DNA of 64,000 bases from a virus. Taxonomy: Duplodnaviria; Heunggongvirae; Uroviricota; Caudoviricetes. This document shows positions 34,456 to 43,469 of this stretch, piece by piece (positions within the stretch are counted from its first letter, which is position 1; every line of letters begins with the position of its first letter). The stretch spans positions 1 to 64,000 of the IMG/VR virus record IMGVR_UViG_3300044618_002782. One strand, written 5' to 3'. Under the pieces are notes generated by a model. It was not told the origin of the DNA, made no database searches, and was given only the letters and a program-made list of their open reading frames with translations. The position numbers and the translations under genes were made by a program.

Positions 34456-36158
34456 TTTAATGCCTTTAATTCGGGTATAACTTCTAAGATATTTTCGTTG
34501 CGAATTTCATCTAGTTGATTTGTTTTTATCCAGAACTGTTCTATCAAAGATTGGTTATCAGTGGCATTCATAAAATTAATGGCACTCTCGAATCCATTGC
34601 TTGCTCGTCTCAACTGATCAAGCGGACTTAGCCAAGCCAAGTGTTCTTTATACCTTTTTTCGATTTTTTTCTTCAGCCCCGGTGTGGCAATATCAATACG
34701 GTAATGAGCAGGATCTGTTAAAATATTCACATTTAAATCTTGAGGTTTTATAAATCCTTTTTCCACCCAAGATCGATGAAAATCTGGCAGATGTAACGCA
34801 TTCATAATGCTAAGGGTAGCACTGATATAAAAGTCCACGTCCGGACAAATTTTCATCATTTGTCGACGGTTCTCTTCGACATCTTCCCAAACAGTGCCTT
34901 TTCGAATGTACTCGCCGTACTCCCACATGCCGTCGAGGCTGGCTCCTACCGAAACACTATCAAACTTCTTCCAATAATCAAACACTGTTCTATCTTTCAA
35001 TCGAGTCTCTGTGAAATTTGTGTTGTATATCAATCTCACGTCAAATTTTCCACGTTTTTCTAACTCTTCTAATATTCGATAGTGCTCGTCCATTAGTATA
35101 GGTTCTCCGCCGGCGAAGTATACTTGCTCAACATAGTCAATATGCTCAAGTAATTGATCCCACAAATCAGTTTCAAATTTTCCAGCAGATATCAATGCTT
35201 TATGATTTTTTCCGTAGTCAGGAGCAATTTTAATTTGATCTTGAAACCACTGACTGCTGAAACTTGGTCCGCAACTGCGACATTTTAGATTGCAAAGATT
35301 ACTAAATCTAACGTCCCAATAGGTCATCTTAAACTGATCTAAATGTCCGTCGGCATGGGTGCTATCAACTAAATTAATATGATGTCCGTGATGTTTATTA
35401 GCACTCGATCGCATTGAAAAAAATCCTGCCTGTTCACTTTCATAGCATCTATTACAAGTAGTCGATGGCTGATTTCTTAACATTTTTAATCGCAAATCTT
35501 TCATAGGAACATCGTTCCAAATTTCTTTAAGATTCTTTTCATTGGTCTGACCCACAGTGGATGATTCCTTGTATAAGGCTCCACAGCAAGGCAACACCCG
35601 TCCGTTGGGTTCGACATGCATGTGTATCCAAGGATACATACAAAATGTTTTGCTTTCCAGCAACAATTCTTGTTGACTCTGCGTTAAATCTTCAATTGCA
35701 ATCTTGACAGGTCTAACTGAATTATAGTTATAGCCTGTATTTGTAGTGGAAATTCTTTTGTCTAATAGCAGATCACTTTTAAAATAGTCAAATACAACCG
35801 GTATTGGATCTGTGTTGTTTTTCATTAACCATTCCTGAGCTACACAAAACTGATCTGACTCCGGTACCAATACCACAGCAAAAAAATTACTAATATCAAC
35901 TTGATTAAGTCCTTCCAGGAGATTTTTTAAAATTAATCCTGCTGAATCATCTGAGTTAACATACTCGTCGCTTTGAGTCAGCGTAAAAAGAATACGCTGA
36001 TTAGTCTGGTACGATGACTGATAAATCTTTTTTAATTGTGCTCTTAACCAGCCAGTTCGTTCGATTGAACTAAACGAATACCAATTATCGAGATTTATCA
36101 TGCCTACTATCTCGTAGTCAGTGCTGTATTTTTTTACTAGTTCTTCAAGTGAATTCAT
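34452..36158 (-). CDS. radical SAM enzyme, paralog family A member 3, with ~170-aa N-terminal extension
   Basis: CNLKCRSCG and FAGGEPILM. CMYPWIHMHVEPNGRVLPCC is preceded by an extra N-terminal domain. ATGA overlaps on both sides. Confidence 0.6.
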   Translation of the reverse strand: MNSLEELVKKYSTDYEIVGMINLDNWYSFSSIERTGWLRAQLKKIYQSSYQTNQRILFTLTQSDEYVNSDDSAGLILKNLLEGLNQVDISNFFAVVLVPESDQFCVAQEWLMKNNTDPIPVVFDYFKSDLLLDKRISTTNTGYNYNSVRPVKIAIEDLTQSQQELLLESKTFCMYPWIHMHVEPNGRVLPCCGALYKESSTVGQTNEKNLKEIWNDVPMKDLRLKMLRNQPSTTCNRCYESEQAGFFSMRSSANKHHGHHINLVDSTHADGHLDQFKMTYWDVRFSNLCNLKCRSCGPSFSSQWFQDQIKIAPDYGKNHKALISAGKFETDLWDQLLEHIDYVEQVYFAGGEPILMDEHYRILEELEKRGKFDVRLIYNTNFTETRLKDRTVFDYWKKFDSVSVGASLDGMWEYGEYIRKGTVWEDVEENRRQMMKICPDVDFYISATLSIMNALHLPDFHRSWVEKGFIKPQDLNVNILTDPAHYRIDIATPGLKKKIEKRYKEHLAWLSPLDQLRRASNGFESAINFMNATDNQSLIEQFWIKTNQLDEIRNENILEVIPELKALK

Positions 36159-37483
36159 AATGAATTATACCATTCTTTTAATTTTGGAAAGGTCGCTGCA
36201 AAGTCTTTTCCTCTGCGCTGGTCATATTGAACGTAAAACTGTCGAAAATCATTCAACAGCCGAGGCATATCAAATGTTTCACTGTGCGGTGTTTTAACTG
36301 TGTCAAGATAATCAATCAAGCGTTGTAAATGATTTAGTTCGTGTTCCTGTAACACAGGATTATCTGCGTTGTAATCTAACCATGCTTCTAAATTTTTTCG
36401 GTAACGTGTTTTGATATTGTCTGGCAAGATCAAAGGGCTTTGGAAACTGGGAAAACGCAAGATGTTTAAAGTAAAATTAACACGCTCTCGACCGTAGATA
36501 TTTTTTAGTGCTACCAGAGCTGATAAAAATTCTGGCAGTGTTTCCAAACACAAAGCATTGATAGTACACATGACATGCACTGCACGAACAGGACTTTCCA
36601 ACAACTTGATTACATTGTTGCACCAGGCTGCATAATCAAGACCGTCTCGTATGTATTCTGCGTGTGTACCGTAGCATTCGTTACTGGTATATACGTCAAT
36701 CGCTAGTCCATCAACACTGTTGATAAATCGTTCCAGATCAATATCTGCACCCAAATTACTGTTGATGGCCAGACGTGTTGAGCTCTTGTTGCGATTGTCT
36801 CGAAACCAATCAATCAGGCGCCAGGTATATCCCGACATCAATGGCTCACCGCCGGTTATTCTTAACTCATCCAAGGTACGATGCAGGTCTGATTCCCACC
36901 ACTGAAAGAAAGCTTCCACATAAGGATTGGTTTCGCCAAATCGATATAACTGTGCCGAATCGTGCGCATGAGTAAAGTGATTTCGACCATCGCTTATCAA
37001 CCCAACATAGGCGCCATTTTTTCGAATGTCGTTGACCCAGGTACTGCTGAAAGCAGGGTTACAATAGCTACAGGCAAACTGACAAGTGCGATCAAATGCA
37101 ATTTCTAGAGTTTTGAGGTTAACATCTTGATCTACTGGCGTTGCTGCTGCTGTTTGCAGTGCATGTATAGGATATATTTTACTTTTGTAAACCCGGTCGC
37201 TGATGTTTTCTCTACCGATGTCCTCGATTTTCCAACAGTATTCGCAGCCGGGTGGCCGTTCTCCTGCAATCATTTCAGCACGATCGCGTTTCTTTTCTGG
37301 TGTGTTATGCAAGGCACGAGGATTGGCCTGTACTGCTTCTACGCTGACATGATGCGCCGGTGGGTGATGGCAACTGGTAGTCATGCCAGAGCCCAACCAT
37401 ATAGTGGCGTTGTACCATTTGGCTCCGCAAAAACTGTCACTTATGGGATCTAATACCTGCTGGCGGAATTCTAAATCATTCAC
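36155..37483 (-). CDS. radical SAM enzyme, paralog family B member 2
   Basis: CQFACSYC and ITGGEPLMSG. N-terminus FCGAKWYNATIWLGSGMTTSCHH...CEYCW. C-terminus YDQRRGKDFAATFPKLKEWYNSL. Confidence 0.65.
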   Translation of the reverse strand: MNDLEFRQQVLDPISDSFCGAKWYNATIWLGSGMTTSCHHPPAHHVSVEAVQANPRALHNTPEKKRDRAEMIAGERPPGCEYCWKIEDIGRENISDRVYKSKIYPIHALQTAAATPVDQDVNLKTLEIAFDRTCQFACSYCNPAFSSTWVNDIRKNGAYVGLISDGRNHFTHAHDSAQLYRFGETNPYVEAFFQWWESDLHRTLDELRITGGEPLMSGYTWRLIDWFRDNRNKSSTRLAINSNLGADIDLERFINSVDGLAIDVYTSNECYGTHAEYIRDGLDYAAWCNNVIKLLESPVRAVHVMCTINALCLETLPEFLSALVALKNIYGRERVNFTLNILRFPSFQSPLILPDNIKTRYRKNLEAWLDYNADNPVLQEHELNHLQRLIDYLDTVKTPHSETFDMPRLLNDFRQFYVQYDQRRGKDFAATFPKLKEWYNSL

Positions 37484-38619
37484 GGTCTGTGTTGCTTTAT
37501 AAAATTAAAAAATTTGTCAGCGAATTCTGACTTGATGCAAGATGAAAGCTGCTGTAGATGCTGTTGATTGTATTTACAAATACTTTCGCTGGCCTGCATA
37601 AAAGATGTTAAATCTTGTTGGCATAAATCATTGACCACTGCCGCAATACGATCCATCCTTTCTTGACTGTTATCTATCGAATCAAAACTTTCGTCAATTA
37701 AACTGTCAAAGGTTTGGAATCCAAGATTGCGCATGTCGCGATAAAAACCTGCATTGCTGGCCACAATCCAAGGATGACCAACAGCCAAGGGTTTGGCTAT
37801 TTTTTCTGTGCGAAAGCTGTAAGGATAGTCAAACACAGTTTCGGTGACCAAGCTGAAATAGGTATCGCAATAGGGTTCTGCTTGTAAATATATTTCTCCC
37901 CAGGTGTAATTAAACAGTTCGTTTTTTACAAATGTACGTTCTGCTGGACCAGGAGAGATCACCGTAGTACGATATTGCTCGACTTCATACTTGGCTGGCA
38001 ACCTCTGCAGTGGTGTTGTTGTTGCCATGAGATTGATTCCGTTGTATTTTAAATTGAATTGTCTGCTAATTGTGGGACGGCTGTCCAGCATGGTCCACAG
38101 TGCATGTTTTAGCAAATCCTGTTGTTGAAATTTATGCCAAAGATATTTTCTATGCGGTCGTGCCCGGCCGTTGAGAAACATGAACTTATAGGGCTTGTTT
38201 GTTTGTGAAAATATGTCCCCGGCTCGATCAATTTCCCGATGATTTTCAGGATAATCTAAAATTCTACAAAGAAAATGATCGTGTTGTATGTAAGGATAGC
38301 AGCTTTCCATTGCACCGCCACCGATAATTAAAATTTTACCTTCCAGAACCAATGTGGTCAATTTCAACATGTTTAGTTGGTCAACCAGTGTTCCGGATCC
38401 TTCGGCACTGTTGCCGAACACCATTACAAATCTAGGATCCTGAGCTAGCTCTTTAAATTTTTCTTGATTTTCTACTACTTGCAATCTACCCAGTACATAT
38501 ACACTGTTGGGTATAGGATCATGGGAAGCAAAGTCCCAAAATTCTGCGTCTGCCCAAGGTTTCAATTCCTGATACACTTCCGACATGGTGTCTATGACTA
38601 AATTACGCGGACCGAGCAT
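37480..38619 (-). CDS. glycosyltransferase-like protein, paralog family member 4
   Basis: RTEKIAKPLAVGHPWIVASNAGFYRDMRNLGFQTFDSLIDESFD, the same C-terminal block. Confidence 0.4.
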   Translation of the reverse strand: MLGPRNLVIDTMSEVYQELKPWADAEFWDFASHDPIPNSVYVLGRLQVVENQEKFKELAQDPRFVMVFGNSAEGSGTLVDQLNMLKLTTLVLEGKILIIGGGAMESCYPYIQHDHFLCRILDYPENHREIDRAGDIFSQTNKPYKFMFLNGRARPHRKYLWHKFQQQDLLKHALWTMLDSRPTISRQFNLKYNGINLMATTTPLQRLPAKYEVEQYRTTVISPGPAERTFVKNELFNYTWGEIYLQAEPYCDTYFSLVTETVFDYPYSFRTEKIAKPLAVGHPWIVASNAGFYRDMRNLGFQTFDSLIDESFDSIDNSQERMDRIAAVVNDLCQQDLTSFMQASESICKYNQQHLQQLSSCIKSEFADKFFNFIKQHRP

Positions 38620-40003
38620 GTGCTTCGCACTCCTTCCACCAGGTGGTCATTTCAGGAAATGTTTTTAAAAAATTAGTTCCACGTCGACGATCATGCTCAC
38701 TAAAAAACTTATAAAAGTCTGCTTTCTTTTCTGCAACACAATCAGTTCCAGATCGCATCCAGGCAATGTCTCGACGCATACGCTGCACTTCGTAGTCTTT
38801 GAAACCGTGGAAAGGATCCTCTGGGGTTTCTAAATTTAATTCCATCCAGTCTGCTACACGTTCCAAAATTCCAGCATACGCGGGCGGAAGTATTTGTAGA
38901 CTTTGCCAAGCAGGTTGACGCAGCAACGGTGTGTCAAACCACACACGTTGATAAGTTTTGCTATATGCTCTGCGCATTGCTAATATATCTTCTAGTAGCT
39001 TTTGCAAACCTAAAATACTGAGATTATTCATTGTGATAATAAATGTAAGGCTGTTGCGATTAGGGATTTCAAACAAGAAGTGATGTGAGTAAGCCATTAC
39101 ACGATCGTAATTCATACCATGTCTAATATATTCAGCTTGATGTGCATTGCCACTATCGAGACTAACATACTGCATAAAGTGTTCGATTTGTGTATTGCAT
39201 AATTGTTTTACATAACCAATATACTTTTCAAACAAGCCAGTTTCGACACTGAAGTTGCTGGTAACATTTAAATGCAGGTCAGGATTGGGCAAGGCCAGCA
39301 CATAGTCAAACACCCGGTAGGTATTCTTATCCATAAGTGGTTCGCCGCCGGTCATACGAAAATGTTTCAACTGTGGATATAGTGTAGGCCACCATCGCCA
39401 AAATGCTTCTACGTAAGGATTAGCGTCCCTAGCAGGAATAGGCCGGTTACGGCCAGTAAAATGACTAGGATCGTTGTGAATACGACTCGTAGGGTATCCG
39501 CCCAGACGGTTAATTTCTTGTTCCCATGTGGAACTAAATTGAGGACTGCAATAACTACAAGCAAGATTACAAGCGTGATTAAAATTAACCTCCACATAAC
39601 TAGGAACGACATCTTCATCTCCGGTTGAGTTTTTAACAAAATCTAATGCATCAGCAGCCCAAGGCTCTCCAGATCGATAGTGACGATCACTTAGGTTACC
39701 AGTATCTTCAATGTTCCAACAGTAACTACATTCTGCAGGACGTTCCTGGCGTAACATGATTTTGCGCTGTTCTTTCTTGAATAGTGTATTGTGTAATGCA
39801 CCTGGGTTGTCTTCCAGTAGCGTGGCATCAATGGCATGCAAAGGAGGATGATAGCATGAATTGTTCAACCCAGTAGGCAAGTGCAAGCTAACTTGTTTCC
39901 ATTTGGCCAAGCATAATCCTGTACCGAGTTCTTGTTTCATTTGTTCTGCTGAACTCATGAATCGACTTTTGTTGTCAAACAATTTGTCTCCCTTATTTGA
40001 CAC
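38603..40003 (-). CDS. radical SAM enzyme, paralog family B member 3
   Basis: CNLACSYC and MTGGEPLMDKN. N-terminus LCLAKWKQVSLHLPTGLNNSCYH...CSYCW. C-terminus HDRRRGTNFLKTFPEMTTWW. Confidence 0.65.
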   Translation of the reverse strand: MSNKGDKLFDNKSRFMSSAEQMKQELGTGLCLAKWKQVSLHLPTGLNNSCYHPPLHAIDATLLEDNPGALHNTLFKKEQRKIMLRQERPAECSYCWNIEDTGNLSDRHYRSGEPWAADALDFVKNSTGDEDVVPSYVEVNFNHACNLACSYCSPQFSSTWEQEINRLGGYPTSRIHNDPSHFTGRNRPIPARDANPYVEAFWRWWPTLYPQLKHFRMTGGEPLMDKNTYRVFDYVLALPNPDLHLNVTSNFSVETGLFEKYIGYVKQLCNTQIEHFMQYVSLDSGNAHQAEYIRHGMNYDRVMAYSHHFLFEIPNRNSLTFIITMNNLSILGLQKLLEDILAMRRAYSKTYQRVWFDTPLLRQPAWQSLQILPPAYAGILERVADWMELNLETPEDPFHGFKDYEVQRMRRDIAWMRSGTDCVAEKKADFYKFFSEHDRRRGTNFLKTFPEMTTWWKECEAHARSA

Positions 40004-40810
40004 TTAATTTAGCCCCATCTGTTGTCGAATTTCAGTTCCAGATATTTGGGTAATTTCTTTGTCAAATGTTTCCTCACCAGATGTATATCCTACTCCACGC
40101 CCCCATCCAATGTGTACAATATTGGGAACCACTTGTATTTCGTACTGTCCTTGGTACAAGGGATCTAAGTCGTGTCTGATACGCTGTTTAACTTCTTCTA
40201 GACCAAATGGGTTAGAACCTTGCCATCCTTGCACGTCACGTATTTGAATAACGACCTGTCCAGTTTTTGCAAGTAGTCTTTCAAACAGAGCACGATGTCC
40301 CGGATGCCAAGGTTGCCAGCGTCCCAACATCTGCACTGTTTCTTTGCGCCAGTCAAACACTGGACGACGCTGATTAGACAAAATGTGATCAGCAACAAAC
40401 ACTGACCATTTGGCAGCATCTTGTTCGATTATTCTAAAGTCATATACAGTAGGTGGGATAAAGGCCTTGTTGGTATCTTCGTATCGCCCTTGCTCAATTG
40501 TATCCATCCAGACTGTCCAGTCTGCTTTAAAGTTATTGCGCATTTCCACTAACGGAGCAACAAAGTCGCAAATAACATAATCGGCAGCAGACTGTTCTGC
40601 TAATTCTGCCATTCTGAGACTTTGACGAATGCGTCCAGTTTCGGTAAAGTCCCAGTCATTGAATTTCTTGCGTACTTCGTCAGCATTAAACCAATCGACT
40701 GTAATGCCGAATCCTTCGTATTTAATATCCTCAACGTGATTTTTTAATGCTGTTGCTAGTGTAGTTTTTCCTGCGCCAGGAAGTCCCATTATTAATATTT
40801 TTTGTGCCAT
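40004..40810 (-). CDS. fusion protein: APS-kinase-like P-loop domain + compact HxGH nucleotidyltransferase-like domain
   Basis: N-terminal ILIMGLPGAGKTTLATAL. ADEVRKKFNDWDFTETGRIRQSLRMAELAEQSAADYVICDFVAPL parallels CysC GDNVRHGLN.DLGFS..DR.ENIRRVAEVAKL...AG...ISP. C-terminal GRWQPWHPGHRALFE is a Q...P.HxGH motif, cf. cytidylyltransferase-like/ATP-sulfurylase HxxH. Confidence 0.5.
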   Translation of the reverse strand: MAQKILIMGLPGAGKTTLATALKNHVEDIKYEGFGITVDWFNADEVRKKFNDWDFTETGRIRQSLRMAELAEQSAADYVICDFVAPLVEMRNNFKADWTVWMDTIEQGRYEDTNKAFIPPTVYDFRIIEQDAAKWSVFVADHILSNQRRPVFDWRKETVQMLGRWQPWHPGHRALFERLLAKTGQVVIQIRDVQGWQGSNPFGLEEVKQRIRHDLDPLYQGQYEIQVVPNIVHIGWGRGVGYTSGEETFDKEITQISGTEIRQQMGLN

Positions 40811-40822
40811 ATTATCAACTCC

Positions 40823-41434
40823 TTAATTAATTGGATATTTCCAGTCGGACAAATAAAATTTTACTTCATCTAGATTTTCTATCATTAACTCTGGTAAAAA
40901 TGCATAAGAATTTTTTTTGATTGTCGATTTTGTAAAATCTATGTCTTCGTAGTACAACGTCGTGTCTGCTTGAAATTGATCGTCTATTAGTTGTTCTATA
41001 ATAAATTGCTCTATATCATTGTAACTTACACAATAAGACTTTGGGGCAACATAATCCTGAAATTGATGATCAAAGTGATAAATGGCTCCTATTGATTTAA
41101 AATAAATCCAACTAGCAAACTGCTTGACTTTATCTCTACGTCTTATATTAACAATATACGAATTTTCCTTTAATTGTTTAATTTTTGGTAAGATTCCAAT
41201 TTTGCCATTGAGCTGTACTGCGTGTGCTAACATCGGTCTTGCTGATATAGATAAAAAAGGATCAAAATCTCTCCAGGGTGTTTTTGAGCACTGACTCATT
41301 GCAATTTCTCCTAGATAATTTAGAGCATTTTTTTCTTTCTTTATCATCGAACCCATTGGATGTGTACCCGATCTTGGCGAACCTATAATCAAAATATTTT
41401 TATTTTGAGATTGCGCAATTATATTGTTCACCAT
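40823..41434 (-). CDS. sulfotransferase-like P-loop protein (Stf0-like candidate)
   Basis: N-terminal ILIIGSPRSGTHPMGSMI resembles the sulfotransferase 5'-PSB loop (P[KR]SG[ST]). ~200 aa. Adjacent to the APS-kinase-like gene. Confidence 0.4.
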   Translation of the reverse strand: MVNNIIAQSQNKNILIIGSPRSGTHPMGSMIKKEKNALNYLGEIAMSQCSKTPWRDFDPFLSISARPMLAHAVQLNGKIGILPKIKQLKENSYIVNIRRRDKVKQFASWIYFKSIGAIYHFDHQFQDYVAPKSYCVSYNDIEQFIIEQLIDDQFQADTTLYYEDIDFTKSTIKKNSYAFLPELMIENLDEVKFYLSDWKYPIN

Positions 41435-42354
41435 CCTTCTTGTTTCCGAATTACATCAATTTCTCTTACCATGACACCTTGATTATGCCAGTTTCCGCGA
41501 TAATGATGCTTGAAGAATCGACTTTGTTGATTGTTTAACATGCACATGGGCAAGTCCAATTGTGTGTATAGTGCATCCTGATATGTTTGAATAACTTCAG
41601 CAGGGTCTCGTCCGTGTGTATCTTGCCAAATAGCATCTAATGCATCAAACCATTGCACTTCACGATAATCCCAATCAGTTAACATGGCCTTGTACGTACC
41701 CATTCTGGCGCCGGCTATGGCCCATGCACCTTGTTCAACGTCTGCACCTACATTGTGCCATACACTAAGATGATCTAAATTGCGACGATGAACACGATCT
41801 CGAAATTCAGTTAACGTGGGCTTTCGACCTTTGTCTAAGCACATCTTGACACCTTCTCTGAAACCGGCACGCCAGGCATGTTTGGGACTGCCGTTGGGAT
41901 GTGTGGTTGAATAGCAATCGTGCATGGACCAATATGCAGGGTCAAAGCAAAATTCAACTACTGTTTCGTCGCGACCGTCGGTGTTCTCGTGTGTTTTCAT
42001 GTTGAGCACATGATCTCGAGTCCAGGAACTGATGCCACCGTTACCGTACATGAGCCCGTTGATGTGATTACGGGCACGCCAGCGATACACTGCCTTTTCA
42101 TATTCTGCAGAGGGATAAGAAAGTGTTAAGTTAAAAAATTCCCAGTCCGGCATGTTGTCGCCGTCAATGAGAACAAATCTTTCAGTGCTGCTGGCCTCAG
42201 CCGCAGCTTTGTGTGCTGCGTCGCTGCCTTTGACGCCATCCACACGTTGAGCCCAGGGTATTTGATTTTTGATTTTGACCCAGAATTCTTCTTTCTGTGG
42301 TTCGTCGTACGTGAGATAAATCACATCCAAGTCTGCTATGTCAACTGTTGTCAT
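41428..42354 (-). CDS. hypothetical protein (308 aa), possible GT-A-like (FVLIDGDNMP DxD-like motif)
   Basis: Intact ORF. The DxD-like motif is weak evidence only. Confidence 0.3.
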   Translation of the reverse strand: MTTVDIADLDVIYLTYDEPQKEEFWVKIKNQIPWAQRVDGVKGSDAAHKAAAEASSTERFVLIDGDNMPDWEFFNLTLSYPSAEYEKAVYRWRARNHINGLMYGNGGISSWTRDHVLNMKTHENTDGRDETVVEFCFDPAYWSMHDCYSTTHPNGSPKHAWRAGFREGVKMCLDKGRKPTLTEFRDRVHRRNLDHLSVWHNVGADVEQGAWAIAGARMGTYKAMLTDWDYREVQWFDALDAIWQDTHGRDPAEVIQTYQDALYTQLDLPMCMLNNQQSRFFKHHYRGNWHNQGVMVREIDVIRKQEGW

Positions 42355-42685
42355 AGTTTTTTAATTTCCATTTTTGATTGGGTGCTGTGTCATCAACTAC
42401 AATAGCCACATTAGAAATGTGGCAAGGAGTTCCGTCAACAGCAGGTATTAGTTTAGAAACTGTGCGAGCGGTCGGCTTGATTAACTGTCCATTCTTGACA
42501 CGCACATGCGGATCGCTGACAGCAAATTGCTCTGCTGTGATCTCAATGTACTTACCTGGCTGGTCTTCCATGCTGTACGCTATTGGCTCACCGGCATCGT
42601 TGTAATACAGTCGATAAAATATTGGAGCAGGTTCTGGCCAAACATAAGTTTTCCAAAAATCTTCGAAGATTTCGTTATTGTTCAT
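42341..42685 (-). CDS. hypothetical protein (114 aa)
   Basis: Intact ORF, coupled to neighbours. Confidence 0.35.
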   Translation of the reverse strand: MNNNEIFEDFWKTYVWPEPAPIFYRLYYNDAGEPIAYSMEDQPGKYIEITAEQFAVSDPHVRVKNGQLIKPTARTVSKLIPAVDGTPCHISNVAIVVDDTAPNQKWKLKNYDNS

Positions 42686-43469
42686 CCGGGTTCCAAGTTT
42701 TTATATTGTAATGAAATAGTCCGTGTTGTGCTACAGTATTGATTCGCAACTGACCTTGGTCATATTCCCATACCAGTTCCTGTGTCCAGTCATCTGTTCG
42801 AGTACCTATTATTCTACGCTTCATGTGTACTATACGCGGGTAAGTAGCAAACGGCATTGTGACCAGTTCGGGACCGATGATTTGCGCTGCCACAGCATAG
42901 ACCAGGTCAGTAGTGGCAGTGTCTTCGGGAAACTTTAATAAAGTTTTGTACTGGTTCCAGTTTTCAAAAATTCTTCTTACCAGGCGCCAGAAGTTTGTGG
43001 CAGTTTGGCTTAGTCGCCAATAAGTCACTGCGTTATAAACGTCAGGTAAATGATTCGAATCAAACACTTTTCTGTAGTATCTGTTGCTGGTAACTGTGCC
43101 GTAGTAGTCTCGAGCACCGGTAGAGATTACCACATCGCGATGCTGTAACATGGTCCACCAATGGTCAACAGGACTGGTAACCAACATGTCAGCTTCTAGT
43201 TTGATTGTTTGCCTAAAAGGAGTTGCTATACCTGCTTGCCAATCGTTGTTGAGCTTCCACAACTGCTCGACAGATTGGTCACCCAACGGTAAGGTTATCA
43301 CATGATCAAATTCAGGCAAGTCCTGCGGTTGATCAGTCAACAAACAGGTCTGCACTGTGGGATGCCAATGCTTGAGGCTGGCATTCAATCGACGAGCACA
43401 GGCGATGTAATCAGTTGTGTCTGTGTTGACAGCAACAATCAAGTATCCGCGTTCAGCTAGCACTGGCAA
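42675..43469 (-). CDS. hypothetical protein (264 aa), possible nucleotide-sugar transferase fold
   Basis: N-terminal YLIVAVNTDTTDYI is Rossmann-like. Paralogous organisation with 43453..44256. Confidence 0.3.
   Translation of the reverse strand: MPVLAERGYLIVAVNTDTTDYIACARRLNASLKHWHPTVQTCLLTDQPQDLPEFDHVITLPLGDQSVEQLWKLNNDWQAGIATPFRQTIKLEADMLVTSPVDHWWTMLQHRDVVISTGARDYYGTVTSNRYYRKVFDSNHLPDVYNAVTYWRLSQTATNFWRLVRRIFENWNQYKTLLKFPEDTATTDLVYAVAAQIIGPELVTMPFATYPRIVHMKRRIIGTRTDDWTQELVWEYDQGQLRINTVAQHGLFHYNIKTWNPDEQ

Noticed and set aside
40004-40810. Calling 40004..40810 a full PAPS synthase (ATP sulfurylase + APS kinase)
   Set aside because: The C-terminal HxGH domain is only about 130 aa, far smaller than an ATP-sulfurylase catalytic domain. 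Only the kinase half resembles CysC convincingly. Kept as a kinase/nucleotidyltransferase-like fusion of uncertain specificity.
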